The notes under the pieces were generated by a model. That model saw only the letters and a list, made by a program, of their open reading frames with translations. It did no database searches and was not told the DNA's origin. The translations under genes and the position numbers were made by a program. This document shows positions 24,265 through 38,962 of a stretch of 64,000 nucleotides of DNA, piece after piece; positions within the stretch are counted from its first letter, which is position 1, and each line of letters starts with the position of its first letter. The DNA comes from Lophium mytilinum. Its lineage: Eukaryota. Where the stretch lies: the NCBI GenBank assembly GCA_010093605.1, contig MU004181.1, positions 2,170,001 through 2,234,000 of the forward strand, written 5' to 3'.

Positions 24265-26279
24265 TTTGTACTACTAGGTCTTGATTCCAAAGCCAGTTGG
24301 AAAAGTGAGACTAGAGAGAGGTAATTGCAGTATAAAGAAGGGAAGATGATTAGTAGCGTGGTAGCCAGAAAAGAGGGTTGTACCCGCACAATTTGTATCG
24401 AACTGGAGTCATGAAATACGATAACTCAGCCGACGCCTGTTGCGCTATCACATATGCCATTCCGATCTGGGCCACTCGTTTCGGCCAAGGCGCAACCTGT
24501 ATCTCCCCCCGGTGCCCGAGTTTGGCATACTCGCATACAGGCTTCACACTGGCCTCCCTCAGCTACCAAAGACCATGCACTTCAGACATCTTCCGGATTG
24601 GGAAGATAGGTGAGGCAGTAGATGAATCTTTGGGCAGATCTTGGCGAATGTAAGACAACAAGGGCGAGGACGAGGCAGTGCAAGACGTTTCATGAGGCAA
24701 CTCCCACCACTCAGGAGTCCGGAAGATAGCAACGAACCCAAAGATATCCGGACTAGGAATGGAGAGAAACACCTTGAAACCGGATCTTTCGCTTCCGCCC
24801 GTTTGATGGAGTGCAGGTGGCCTTGGCAAAGCTGTGGTGGCTAATGCGGAGAGCCGAAAGCTTGAACTCACCGAGGCTAGAAGATGAAAGTTTAAGAACA
24901 GTAGATCCTAGAGCTTGATAACGCTTGAAAAGAATGGGTACCCGGTTCACGACACTTGGTCTTGAAACGGGCACACTGGGAACACGAGACGAGGCTGTAG
25001 TAATTTTATAATCTGGCAAAGTCTGGAAGCCATCACCTCCCAAGTACAAGCAATACAACAAGCCTTCTCCACCGTTTCAGCGCAGCCAAAGAAGTAGTTT
25101 AGGATGAGGATTGCGCTGCACTACTTCTTTCTAATGTACGGTTGGGGCTTTGGTGAAGGAAATACCACCGAGCGTGGATTAACATTGGCTGCTCAACTTC
25201 TTATAGGGATGCATAGTGCTAGGTCTTGACTCCCTCGGCCGGTATGGTTCTGACCTCGATTCGTGGCGTTGATTGATGGGGAGGAGATCATTGAGAGTTG
25301 TTTCGAGACTCGAAGTTGTCGTCGCACACTTGTTTCAACTTCAGCAAGTTCCGACATTGATCTGCCTCTGTAGGTGCTTCAAGACCGAGCAGAACACACT
25401 GAACGTTCATATGGCCTTCGTCGAAGGGTTGCTGTACTCTTTGTGGAAAAACGAGTTGGAGTTTTCGTTAGGTGGATCGGTTCAAGAGTGGAACGTGAGT
25501 GGGTGGATTAAGGATACAGAAACCACTAAGCTGAAAAGGGACAAGATTAGTCGAACTAGGAAAGGCATGCCCAGCCCCTGACACCTCACCACCGTCGACT
25601 CCAACTCCTCATCTGTCTCGTTAGCGAATGCTCTGTATGAAGTAGTTACCCACTTCTCCTAGTACTCGTCAATTGCCTTGGTGCAATCGTCGCCATCGAC
25701 AGCCTTGATACCTGATCATTACTAGAATACTGGCTCCTGTATCAGGTCCAATGTGTCTCCAACAATGCTATTGTCCATCCGCAGCGCGTAAACGTCCGAT
25801 ATGGGTATTTCGGAGAAGGAACGTTATCTATCATGAAAAGTTCACTCATTACTGGAGTATATGATACCCGCCTCTGCTGGGTTTACCGTGGCACCGGACG
25901 GAACCTTGTGTTCCCTTACTACTCTCTGCCATACCTTCCACAGCTTTGAGCATTGCTTCACGTAAGGAAAACTCTCTTGCGGTCAAGCGACGACACGGGC
26001 GTGACCGTTTGAGTGGTCGCTCAGATAGGCATATCTACCCATTAGGGAGCGCAGAATGACCGTTATAGAAGGTGGTACCCTGGTGGGGTACCCGAGAAAG
26101 ATGGGACTGGGAGCCTGACCAGCTCTGTCGATCCTCACTTATCTCTCATTATCTCTTGTTTAGTTTACTTACTTTACTTCATGGACATCATCTCTGGTGC
26201 TCACACATATCGCTCGTTTGCCTAATGCCACATCCGTGCGCATTCAACCTGCCCCAAGCTATTCTTCAAATCAGTGAAG

Positions 26280-29038
26280 ATGGTGCCTGGTCTTTCAAGC
26301 GTCCGGGCCAATGATGAAGGACTCACCGCTGCCCATAGCGAAGGAGATAAGATCACCATGGAGGCGACCACCACAAAGACCTATGATATAGCAGACGCTT
26401 CGCCCCCTACCGTCAAAGAGCTACGAGCTATCCAAAGATCCCATCAATGGGATCCAAATCTGCCACAAGAGAAGGCCAACGCGATTCTAGACGCCACCAA
26501 AACCGGCAACTTGGACACGATTGACTCTCTTGCAGACGCATTGGAAGAGGATTCGCCCTACGACGAAGTGAGAGCCGCAGTCCGTAACACGGATGGAGAA
26601 GAAGTTGCCAACACAGTCCGTGCCTGGGTCCTTGGGATGCTGTTCGTTACTATATGTAGTGGCCTCAATATGTTCTTGAGCATGCGGAGTCCAGCGATAT
26701 CTTTCCCGGCCGTCGTGGTGCAGCTTCTAGTTTATCCGTTTAGCTGCTTATGGGCGAAGGTAGTCTCTACCAAGGTCTTTACTACCTTTGGTCTAAAATG
26801 GACTTTCAACACTGGCCCTTTTACTATCAAAGAGCATACTGTTATCACAGTAAGAACGTGCCCGTCATCCTGAACTGTTCGTTGGCTAACATCCGCAAGC
26901 TCATGGCGAAGTGAGTTATACTGTCTTTAGGAAAGTATACTGAAATAGTTGTGGCTGTCTAACCTATCAATATAGTGTCTCGATATCGTATGCATATAGC
27001 ACGGATGCATTGCTCGCTCTCAAAGGGAAATGTTAGTAGTCGTCAAAATTGACTTTTTATACAGATTTTAATAGGTTACAGCGTACTACAACCTCGACAT
27101 GGGATGGGGCTTTCAATTGCTCTTCACACTGAGCAGCCAGCTTATCGGGATCGCTCTGGCAGGGATGTTCCGCAGGTTCCTTGTATTCCCGTCAGCTATG
27201 CTTTGGCCTAACCAGTTTGCGAACTCTTCTCTATTTTACGCTCTTCACGACCAGAGTAAGTCTAATCCAGCAACCACCAACGGCTGGCTGATATCGCGAT
27301 ACCGCTGGTTTATGTATGTCGTCGCGGGATCCTTTGCCTACTACTGGTTCCCTGGTGTGCTCTGGCAAGGGCTTTCCGTCTTCTCTTTCGTTACTTGGGT
27401 ACGTGCTTTCCGGTGAAATATAGTTGAGATCTAGATCCACTGACCATGCAAACAGATACGGCCCAATAATGTCATTCTAAATCAGCTCTTCGGCGGATTT
27501 ACAGGCCTATCCCTAATCCCTCTCACTTTCGACTGGACGTAAGCAGCAAATTTCTCTCTCTGGAAGTATTGAAGATACTGATTACGCTTCCAGATATGTC
27601 TCGGCCTATTTGCTTGACCCTTTGCTCTCTCCGGCCCACTCCTTGGCTAACACATTAGTTGGACTGATAATCTTCGTAATCATCACCGCAATCGGAATAT
27701 CATACTCTGGAGCTCTCTACTCAGACTATCTCCCGATCAATACTTCCACGACGTTCGACAACACAGGAAACACCTACAATGTGTCTCGGATTCTCGGTGC
27801 AGACTTCAAATTCGATGCGGCCAAGTATAAGGAATACTCGCCGATGTTCCTAGCGCCCACCTTTGCGATCAACTACGGACTTTCATTTGCTGCACTGACA
27901 GCCGCCATAGTCCATACCATTCTCTTTCATCGTAAAGAGATATGGTACAGACTTCGATCCGCCAAGAATCAAGAGCCAGATATCCACATGAAACTAATGT
28001 CAAAATATCGAGAAGCTCCGGACTGGTGGTATGGTACTCTCTTTGTCCTTTCGCTGGCCTTGGGTCTCGCAACCGCACTAGGGTATCCCTCACAGCTGCC
28101 ATGGTGGGCTTTCTTCGTCGCCAATATCATCGCCCTGGTCTTCGTCATCCCGACGTGCATGATCTTGGCAATCACCAATATTCCACTAGCTCTGAACGTT
28201 TTGTCCCCATTCTTGGCCGGGTACATGATACCCGGACGACCCATCGGCGTCATGATCTTCAAAGTTTTCAGCGTCATCACCCTAGGACAAGCCCAAACCT
28301 ATTCTGGAGACTTGAAGCTGGCTCATTACATGAAAGTCCCGCCTAGAATCACTTTCTGGTGCCAGATCGTGGCCAGCATTTGGGCCTGCTTCGTCCAGGT
28401 CGCCGTCATGAACTGGACATTAGGGGCAATCGACGGCGTGTGTACTCCAACACAGTCTGCGCACTTCACATGCCCGAACGGGAAGACTTTTTTCTCCTCC
28501 TCCATCGTCTGGGGCGTAATCGGGCCCAAACGCATGTTTGGCCCAGGCTCCATCTACTCGAAGATGCAGTGGTACTGGCTACTCGGCGCCCTACTCCCGG
28601 TCTTCTTCTACACCCTCATGAGACTGTTCCCGAGGTCACGAGCCCGATATCTCAATGCCCCAGTCATGCTCGGAGCTATGGCGTGGCTTCCTCCTGCTAC
28701 TCCTCTCAGTTTTGCCTCCTGGTCTATCATCGGCTTGATCTTTAACTACTGGATTCGCCGGCGCTGGATTGGCTGGTGGACGACGTATAACTATGTCACG
28801 GCTGCGGCTCTTGATTCTGGTCTCATTATCTCGACTATTGTCGTCTTCTTTGCAATCACACTACCAAATGTCAAGATACCAGATTGGTGGGGGAACACTG
28901 CAGTATTCGAGACTCTGGTAAATAGTAACAATTGCGTTGAACTACTGATATCGCTAATCGAGATGATAGGACGCGACGAATGCGGCTATGCGAAAGGTCG
29001 TGGCCGATGGCGAGACGTTTGGGCCAGCGAGTTGGTGA
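26280..29038 (+). CDS. OPT-family oligopeptide transporter (ISP4/OPT-like), multi-exon
   Basis: EDSPYDEVRAAV, NTGPFTIKEH, DIHMKLMSKY.EAPDWWY, DLKLAHYMKVPPR, FTCP, WWGN; many TM helices. Confidence 0.95.
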
Positions 29039-29075
29039 AACTTCGGAAGTAAAGACGGCCAAGCAGTTCTTGAGG

Positions 29076-30056
29076 CTAAAACCATGCGCGAATCCAGAGC
29101 CTAACCTTTCGTGTGAGGGCCTTCCAGCGTCTGGCCAATTTGGTGTCTTTCTCAGGTATCATGCCAAATAAAATCAGAACTACGGCCAAGCCTAAAGCCC
29201 CTGCTTGGTCTAAATCTCTTAGTCTCACTGCTGTTTTCGGTAGTATCGTAGCTCGACACAGGATCTTTGTGTTTTCGAATCTCGTTCTCTCGTCTTCCAT
29301 CTCATCAGACACTGCAAAATAAAAGGGCCGCCATACATAATAAAGAGGCAGCAACATAGAAAGACTAAATGAAAAACCCCCTAAAAGCTGCCACTTCTCC
29401 GGACGTAGCCCTCCCCAAAGCGCGGTAAACAAGAAGCCCAACACTCCTGTGGTGATCAGCACAAGATTGAAGGATAAATTATCACCAGCTTCCGAGCAGG
29501 ATAGAGTCCAGTGATTGTGTAGCGAAAATGTAAGAATGCCAAAATATAGTCCAGCCCCTTGAAGCAAATCTCGAGAGTCTAGGGGCTCAGAACTATGAAC
29601 GGCATGAACGGTTCGGGAAAAACAGGCGGTACTTAGGAGCGATACCGCCATAACCAGAACGCTTGCCGGTGCTGCGGAAGAGGCTCCAAATTCGTGGTGA
29701 TAGTCGCGAGATACGAGGTCGAACAAGGCGATCAAGGGATAGTAGACCAGCCCTATGGCAGTCGGACTCCGCCATATGGGTACTTGAGTATGTCGCTCAT
29801 GACTGTCTGATTCGGATAAGTATGAGGTCTTCCAGACAGTCTTCAACAGGGCCATCACAGCAGTGAGAAGCCAAGCCCAATATGCGCCGGAGCCGTAAAA
29901 GCTGGATACAGTGCTGAGGTCGTGGCTGTAATATTAAGCTTCGCATCGACAGCTATTCAGCGCGGCTACCTGATGGCGGGGAACATAGAGACTACTAAAG
30001 GAGACAGTTAAGATAGCCGTTGCAGTGAGTAGATTCCGAAGTAATTTAAAGGCCAT
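29076..30056 (-). pseudogene. Uncharacterised multi-pass membrane protein interrupted by one in-frame TAA (29934-29936)
   Basis: MAFKLL... hydrophobic leader and the 260-aa hydrophobic ORF share a frame; SFYGSGAYWAWLL follows the stop; no convincing intron around it. Confidence 0.55.
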
Positions 30057-30483
30057 TTGGATAGAGAAGGTCGTACGTTCTGTGTGTTGGAAAAGGGAGG
30101 TTGTAGAAGTGAATATTCGTTGGGCGCGAGGTTGCAGCTCAGCTGAAGCCTGGGGGTTGGCAGAATATGAAGCCAAGAAGAGCTGCAGGTGGGCGTCTAG
30201 AGAGCCAATCCACAGGCCGACTCAAGTTTCAGCCTTGCACTGCCTTCATTTGATATGCCCTTACTAATCAAATTTGGCAGCAGATAGCCCGCTGTTCGGA
30301 AACCAATAGAGGCACCGAATGCATGGCTAAGTCTTGAATCTCGATGTTTAGACTATAAGAATACAGGAGTAATTCTAACTCTTAGGATAGCTGCTTGGAG
30401 GGTATACGCGCCATATCGCAAGCAGATATCTCATATACACCCTGAACGCCATATCCAAGTCATAACCGACGTAAAGCAACCCT

Positions 30484-33160
30484 TCAGCTCCCCGTCCCAT
30501 TCGCCCCCAAACTCACTACCTCACGCTGCTTCTCTCCCTTTAAGTCTTCCATCTCTTCTACCTTCTCTTCTAGACATTCTATTTTTCTTCTCGCTGCCAC
30601 CTTTGCCTCGCCCTTCCGTCGCATGTACCTCGCCAAGCTCTCACACAACCGATCGAGCACGAATTCGGCCTCCGCTTTCTTACTGACCAAGGGACTGTCC
30701 TCGCCTATCCAATCCCACTCTACAAGCCCCTCTTCTTCCTCCTCAGCCTCCACCTCTTCCGCACTCTTTGTTGTAAAGCGAATTAAGCGTGTAAACTCGA
30801 CCCATTGCTCGTAAGAATATTTCTTCGGCGGATCGTGCCTGAGGTCATTAGCAACACTGCGGATCGCGTGTGCTAGTTTTCGGGAGAGGACTGCCTCATC
30901 GAGCGCTGGGTCTGAAACGGCATCATGCTCTGCCTCATCGGCAAGGTTCTCAATATTTGGCGGTATGTCGTCTTCCTCGTCTGCGGCGGCAGACTCGGGG
31001 TCTGGGCCAGTGGGAAACCCTTTTTCGAGGCGCTTTTTCGCAGCTCGCTTCTCAACACGCCGTTGCATCCAGCGGAGCAGCCACGGATGGCGATCTAGAA
31101 AGCTGCGCCAGATGCCTTCCTTCGGCAGAACAGTAAAGTCGGCGAGGTTGGTGACGAAGTTCTTGAAGTTGGAAATGACGGTGTCACCCATGTCTGAGAT
31201 GAGAACCGTCATGGTCGGTACGGCGATGAGTGACCAGACGACGAAGAAAGCGCGTCCGGCATTAGTCTTTGGTGAGAGGTCACCATAGCCGATGGTTAAC
31301 AGTGAGATGTAGCAGAAGTATAAAGCTTGGAAATAGGTCATGCCCTGGGAATGTTTCTCACATTGCCAGAAGACCACGGCACCGACGCACCACAGGATTC
31401 CAAACGCGATAACGGAGAGGGTGAGCGCCCACCACTTCTTGAATTTGTGCGTCGATTCCTGAATACTGCGCATCTGATCGAACCGGTCCTTTTCCTCGCG
31501 GAGTAAGAGGAGCTTTGGCTTGGTATTCCTCAGTGGCATCGGCCCAAAGGTATTTCGATGAGCCTTGTGCCGCCCTGTATTACCCATCGCTGACCGTGGG
31601 TATTCGTTTGCGCGGTGGGGCGCGCTGATTTCGGCCTTCGAGATGTGGCGCTGGCGGCTGGGCGATACACCTTCTCGCTGGCGTAAGTCGAAGGAGTTAG
31701 TGACGGTACGGTCCATGGTACGCACGCGCTTCCTTTCGACGTGCTTCTGGACTAAGTTCTCTTCGCCAAGCTGTCCAATGAACTTGTTGAGGGATGAGAT
31801 GACGAGACCAAGCATGATGATGCCGCCAACCGAGTAAGGGAAGACGAGACCACGGCTCACGTCGTTGGTAGGCGCAAGATCGCCGAAACCGACAGTAAGA
31901 ATAGTTACGTCGCAGAAATATAACTAGTTTAATTAGCAGGTGAGCGTGAGAGATGTCGCGTGATGGGCAGACGCACCGCATCTGAGAATTCCCAGCCAGA
32001 TGTGCCGTGGTCGGTTTCGATTCGCGAAAACACAGCACCACCGCCGGCGAGCCAAATGAAGAACATCATGGTTTGTAGAATCAGCGTTCGCTGTGCCTCT
32101 GTTAACGCGAAGGTATCGGGATAGTGGCCTAAGAAGTAGCCCAGCATATTGATCATAAGAATCATGGAGCAAACGAGGTATATGCAGGCGGCAATAACGC
32201 CATACCAGAACCCTTGGGTGTAGGTTTCATAAGGTCGAATAGGCGGAGTATAAATTTGCATACAGGCAGTGATGCCGATGAGCTAGAGGAGGAGTCAGTG
32301 TATGGTTTTACTTTCATCATGCAAACTAGAGAGTTTGCCTTCACAATACGCTTATGTCTAGTGCACCAACGAGGAGTATGCTATCAACGAATCATTACTT
32401 ACAAGTGCTGTCGCAACATACCAGAAGAATATAGTCATGGGCAGAGCGATGATGTATCGGATACGTTGGGTAAAGTTCATCAAGAGAAAGAAGTTGCCAA
32501 TGAAACCCAAGATTAGGGAGGCTACATTGAGCCAATAGCACCTGACCATGTTAAATCGATATCACGAGGAAGACGACGACGAGGTTGTGTGTTGGACGAC
32601 AAAGTATGCAAGGAGAGCACGCGCGAGAAAGCTACTTACCAGTGAGGATCTTTAAAAGACACTCCCTCGAAATCATCAACAAATTGCCCATCAATATAGA
32701 TAGTTTCTCTCCAGTATGAGACCAAAGCGGCAATGGAGAGTACGTTTGCGAGAGGGCCGAGAGTGGCGGCGAGCAATCTGTATCAGCATCAGCGTTTGGA
32801 AGCTATTTCGAGAAACGAGTTGACTGACGGAATACCGGTCGAGGCGAACCACCAGTCACTTCAAAGACATAAAGTTAGTATTATTGCTATATAGAACTGC
32901 GAAGTAGGTAGAAGTAACAAGTTCCAGAATCCGACGTACTGTTCCTGGCCCTCTTGCCACTTTTTCGGCTTCAGAGACCATTTCCTCCTTTGCCTTTCCG
33001 GCGCGCGGTTCGGGCGGTTCTCAGACAGTCGGATGGCGGTCGTGCTGTCATACTGGCCATTGTTGGAGGAGCTCGGGGCGTTATTGTAAGAACTCTCGGT
33101 CCCGGAAGTCTGCGGCTTCTCAGGCAGAATCTGGGACGATGTTGAGCTGGTTGCAGTCAT
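30484..33160 (-). CDS. TOK1: Two-pore-domain outward-rectifier K+ channel, multi-exon
   Basis: Pore loops TVGFGD and TIGYGD; GPLANVLSIAAL; QRTLILQTM; fungal WDWIGEDSP tail. Confidence 0.93.
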
Positions 33161-33781
33161 GGTGTCGGTGCCGAGAAGACAGCCACATGGTTATTGAACA
33201 ATACTGGCCATTGCCGGGCATATGGGAGCAGACAGCTCGAATTTCGTGAGGCTATTCGCGTTGACCTGTGTGTGAATAAGAATAGGGCTATCTGTATATG
33301 TGAGGAAACCGGCAAAAGGGCAAAGAGAACGTGTGCGGGGCTAGAGCTGAGGAAAAGCCGCGGAGACAGTGGTTGGTGGTGATAAGGGCTGGAGGCAAAA
33401 GCAAGGCGCACTTGGCAGAGGGATTTGGTGGAGAGATAAAGACGCGGGAGCGGGTGGCAGATGACAGCATACTTGATGGCGCGGCTGCATAACAAGATCG
33501 TGAACCATCGATCGCCTATCCCGGGGTAAAGCACGCCGTTGCCCAAGGGCCCAGTCTGTCAGGCTTCTAACCACTACACATGCTTATGTACGCTTAGTCC
33601 GCGATCGAATCATGCAAGCAGCTTGCAAGCTTCGGCACTTTGCACGCGCGGCATTCGACGACGCCATGACAGATTTCTGGAGAATGGAAGGCAGGGTCAA
33701 AGCTTCATCTAGTGCCAGGGTGTAGGCGATACACAGAAATATGGTTACTATATTAAATACAGGGGTTCAACCTCGTCCTTT

Positions 33782-34931
33782 TTATTGCGCCTTGAGCTTC
33801 TCTGTCAGTTCAGGCACCTTGTCGAATAGATCTCCCACGAGGCCGACATCGGCTACCTGGAATATGGGTGCCTCGGCGTCCTTGTTAATCGCCGCAATCA
33901 CTTTGCTGTCCTTCATTCCCGCCAGATGTTGAATAGCGCCTGAAATACCTGCGCACAGGTAGAGTTGCGGCGCCACGTTCTTTCCGGTCTGTCCAACTTG
34001 CAGGCTGTTGTCTGCGTACCCGCTGTCGACTGCTGCTCGCGAGGCTCCGACAGCTGCGCCCAGTGCATCGGCCAAAGGTAGCATGATCCTGTCGAACTCT
34101 TCCTTCGACTTCAAGCCTCGCCCCCCAGACACGACTTTGGTAGCAGTCCCGAGGTCTGGTCGGTCTGACTTGGCCAGGTCCTCTGATATCCATTCAGTTG
34201 GGCTCTCGACCTTGGGATCTACGCCCTCGACTACTTCGGCGGAGCCACCCGTTACTTCGCCTGGTTGGAAAGCGGTCCCTCGGACAGTGATGACCTTTAC
34301 GCTATCGGACGACTGGACGGTGAGGATAGCGTTGCCGGCGTAGATGGGGCGTACGAAAGCTGGAGAATGTTAGCAGAGACGTGAGGGAAGCCTGATATAG
34401 GTACTCACTGTCCTCGCTCTCGATAGACGTGATGTCTGAGATCTGTTGAGAGTCGAGTAGTGCTGCTACTCGAGGCATGAGGTTCTTCCCAAATGCCGAG
34501 TGGCCTGTGAGAACGTGTGTGAAGCCGCCCTTCTTGATGTTTTCTACGAGCAGTGGCGCGAAGTTTTCTGGTAGTCCCTACGTCCCGTCAGACTAGCCTA
34601 GGAAGTGGAATAACAACCGTATTCTCACCTTGTCGTACGCGCCATTCTCCACGTATATGACCTTCTCAATGCCCTGCACCTTCGCCGCCTCCTCGGCCAC
34701 GGCCTTTACCCCACTCCCCGCAATGAAGCCTGTCACGGACCCCCCCAGCTTCTGGCCAGCTGTCACGGCGGCTAGCGACGAGACATTGAGCTTCCCTTCC
34801 CTCTGTTCGAGCAGTGCGAGTGTGGAAAGAAGGCGGGCGACGGCGGAGAACTGCGGTAACACGGTAGGCTGGGAGCGTCTAAGGTGGGATCGCGCTTGGC
34901 GGAGGACGGACTGCCTCGCAACCGGAAACAT
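33782..34931 (-). CDS. ETFA: Electron transfer flavoprotein alpha subunit, mitochondrial (yeast AIM45 orthologue), 3 exons
   Basis: Arg-rich presequence; [50 protein letters not shown]. Confidence 0.96.
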
Positions 34932-35422
34932 GGTGGAGAGGGTATTAAAAAAGAGATCGAGAAGAAAAGAAAGAGAGAAGGAGCAGCGATTGGGACAGTG
35001 GTGGTGTATGCAGCGTGAAGTGAATGATGATATCGCCGGAGAATGGCAACCTCGGTCGGTTTGCGTCGCTTCCTTTCTCCCCCGGCTTTCGCGGCCCAAG
35101 CTCCAGCCCATACGTACGGCGTACCATATGCGAGTCTGGCGTCGTGGCTATCGTATGCCGTAATCCCTGCCAAGCGGATGGAGATCACGTGCCTGATTTT
35201 CTCTCAGCGCTGCCAGCCCTGAGCTCCATCGCGAGTCGACGCGCCGCCATCACCACCACGACCCCCATCATTCACTCAGCCCGCGCTTCCATCTTGGATC
35301 GTCGCCCCCAAACCGCTCCTGCACCTCCCGCGACTGCTACCCTCGAGTTCGGCCGCAACGCGACACCTCGTGGGCGCTCCCTGCCTCCGTCTTGAGGTCC
35401 GCAGCATCCTCCGCTCTCTGGC

Positions 35423-38202
35423 ATGGCCGACGACGCGCTTCCACCATCCACACACGACGCTGAAAACACACTGTTAGGAGGAGAAGGTGCCACTGGTGCC
35501 CACATTGACGCCGGCGACATGCAGGCAGAGCAAGGTACGCTTTTCTTGCCATTCAATTCTGCGCGAAGCACATTCGAGCCGCATTTCATCTGTTCCTACA
35601 TTTGTACCATCCACAATGGCTCGTGCACGTTCTTCCACCCCAGATGTTTACGCAGACGCGCTCGGCCTTGATAGCCCTGAGCTTCTCTCGGAGTTTTCTT
35701 CGGATACTAGCAGCCAGGTTACGCATGAGCAACCCCCAAGTGGCTCTCTGGGTTCTGCCTTACCCTCAAATTCCCCAGATTCCTTTCCAGATTTTCAACC
35801 TCATGGTCCTATATCTCCTAGGGATACGCCACATCGGTCTAGTCTGTCCCTCATGAGCAGTCTTCGCCCTTGTATCTGTCTGCTTTTGGTACATTCTCGC
35901 TTGGTTTGATCCAGCGTGCATTTGAGGATTGTGGATTCTAACAGTGATGCCCTATTATAGACACCTCCATGCTTGAAGATCAAGAACCGACTTCCCTCTC
36001 AGTCAAGGAATCCTCTCGCGAACCGTCAGCGGCCACACCGGCCATTGTATCGGACAACCCCTTAGATGCACCGGATGGACCCCGACCCGAGAATGAGGAC
36101 GCAGACGGCCAGGATGATGATGAAATGACCGGCATCGAAGAGTCTGCAAAGAAGGAGAGCCTGACAGAACCCACCGAAACGGTAGATGGCACCGTTGATG
36201 GCCAGACGAAGAGCGCCCTCGAGACCTCTGCGCGGTCGCATCTCATCGCACAAACCCACGCTATTATCCTACCCAGTTACAGCACCTGGTTCGACATGCA
36301 TGTAATCCACAACCTCGAGAAGAAGGCCCTCCCCGAGTTCTTCAATACTCGAAATCGAAGCAAGACACCGGCAGTATACAAGGACTACAGGGATTTTATG
36401 GTCAATACTTATCGCTTGAATCCAGCGGAGTATTTGACTGTTACCGCATGCAGGCGCAATCTTGCTGGTGACGTGTGCGCCATCATGCGCGTTCACGCAT
36501 TCTTAGAACAATGGGGTTTGATCAACTACCAGGTTCGTTGCTCGGATGCTAGCATAATGACATTCGCTAACACATCGTAAAGGTTGATCCAGACACGAGA
36601 CCATCAAACATCGGCCCTCCGTTCACAGGCCACTTCAGAGTCACCGCAGACACCCCGAGAGGATTACAAGCACATCAACCAGCACCAGGATCCATCACTA
36701 CCGCAGGAAAGTCACACCCTACAACTGAACGATTAGCAAGCGCTGCTCCACCTTCGAAGTCAGACCTGAATCTCGAAATCCGACGAAATATCTACGAATC
36801 AAATGGTAAAGAAGCTACACCTGGTGAATCAAAAGACAAGCCATCGAACGGAGAAAGTGCAGCAAATGGCTCTGCTGATACTAAGGCTCTTGAAGATGCC
36901 CTGAAAGAGCCTGGCAAGCAATTTCACTGCTATTCTTGCGGAGTCGACTGCACTCGCGTTCGCTACCACAACTCGAAGTCCGCGCCTCATTCCGCCCAAG
37001 GCAAGACTGCTGCTATGGTGAAGTACGACCTTTGCCCGAATTGCTTCCTCGAAGGCCGCTTCCCAGCGTCGAGCAAAGCAGCGGAGTACACCAAGATTGA
37101 GAACGAGAAATACCTAGCACTTCCGGATAGAGACGCGCCATGGACGGATGCCGAGACATTACTACTGTTAGAGGGACTAGAGCTTTTCGACGAGGACTGG
37201 AACAGCGTCTCTGACCACGTTGGTACACGCACGAGGGAGGAGTGCATGATGAAATTCTTGCAACTTGAAATCGTCGATCCATATCTGGAGGCTGATGTGG
37301 CCCAATCCAACGCCCCAGCAGCCTCCCTAGGCTACCTAAGCAATGGCCGCATCCCCTTCTCGCAAGCAGACAACGCTGTCATGAGCGTCATGGGTTTCCT
37401 CGTCTCCCTCGCCGAACCTAGCGTCGCCGCAGCGGCCGCCGGGAAGAGCATTGACGAGCTCAAGCGCGGTCTGCTCGAGAAGATCGAAAAAGCTCCAACA
37501 ACCTCCGAAGCAGCCGCTAAGGGTAAAGAAAAGGAAAAGGGAAAGGAAACCGACAAAGCCTCTTCTACCCCTGCGGCTGCTAGCTCCGACGTCAAGAACG
37601 AGGACGCAATGGACGTTGACGACGCCCAAGCTCCTTTGTCCTCCCCGCAACCCACCTCTTCCAACGCCGTCGCCACTACCACATCCGCCCCCACCGCACA
37701 GCAGACTTCCGCGGCTCTCCCCTTCGCGCTCTCTGCCGCCCGCTCTGCTGGCCTTGCTTCGCACGAGGAACGCCATATCACGCGCCTCGTGTCTGGCGCT
37801 GTGAACCTGCAACTACAGAAGCTCTCGCTCAAGCTACAGCAGTTCAACGAGCTGGAAGCTGTGCTCTCAGCGGAGCGCCGCGACCTCGAACGCCGTCGCC
37901 AGCAGCTGTTCCTCGACCGCCTTGCGTTCCAGAAGCGGGTCAAGGGCATCGAAACGGCTGCGCGGAAAGTCAGCACCGGGCTCGGTGTCGGCGAGCAGGG
38001 CACTGGCATCGCCGGCAACATGGTCGGCATCGGCACCATGGCGCCAGATGACGCTGTCCGGGAGCTCACCGAGGCCGTGAAGCGGTTCGGTGTTGGCAAG
38101 GGCGAGGAAAAGGTGGGCGTGAAGCGGACGGGGGTCGAGGGCGGCGAGGTGCAGCCTGTGGGCGAGGAGACGGGGAGTGGGTACGGGCGGTTGGAGATCT
38201 GA
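35423..38202 (+). CDS. SWI/SNF-RSC core subunit Swi3/Rsc8/Ssr2 (SWIRM, ZZ-like, SANT, coiled coil); introns about 35535-35960 and 36533-36582
   Basis: [77 protein letters not shown]. Confidence 0.93.
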
Positions 38203-38962
38203 AGCGCATGAGTGGGGGTCAATCAGGGGGTGGGGTTCGGCTGGGTTGTGCTTTTTTTTTCAGATCTGGATATTCGGTAGGGTATCGGCGCAGGAAATGT
38301 AGGGTAACTTTTCGTGTTGCTTTTTCTCCTTAGTGGGACAGGTCATCGAGCTGGTCGCCCGAGGGGTGACGGACGAGCTGGGTGAATGTTGCTGTATACT
38401 ATTCTGAGGAATTGAGATGAGGCAGGTGCTTTATTCTGTGTGGTCTTGAGTGATGTTATCTTCGATCTTACGAACTCGGGCTCCCCTTGGATGCATTTCT
38501 GCCATCTAGCGCGACTAATATCCGGCAGTCTGATTTCCAGTCTCGGGTTCGCTTGCTAGAAACCGGAAGCCTTGATCAGAGCGCCATTAAGAGGTTGATG
38601 ATGAAAGCGCTTTAGGGCACTCTAGGCTCTACACCTTTGGCATGCCAAGCATTACCATTTCGAGACAAGTTGTTGAATACTAGTCAATTCCTCAGATTCT
38701 CAAAAGTCCAACAACGCCATGGGGATCAGCAGAGATGGAAGATTACTAGAGGCCACGTCGAAACCCCTACAACTGAACGAGTGGAGAGAGCAGAGAGCAG
38801 AGCATCCGACAAACGCCAGTACCTTCTTCTCGCGAACGACCCACTCCGCCTCCATACAGAAATGGTACTAAACGCATATCAGAAAACTGTAACAAGAAAA
38901 AGAAGGAAATCAAAAGTCAAAGTCCCTCCAAGGCATTAATCGTAGCATACACAGCCCGTCAT

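Noticed and set aside
37332..38222. 296-aa minus-strand ORF (likewise 58658-59149 and 34630-35163)
   Set aside because: Antisense shadows of GC-rich coding sequence
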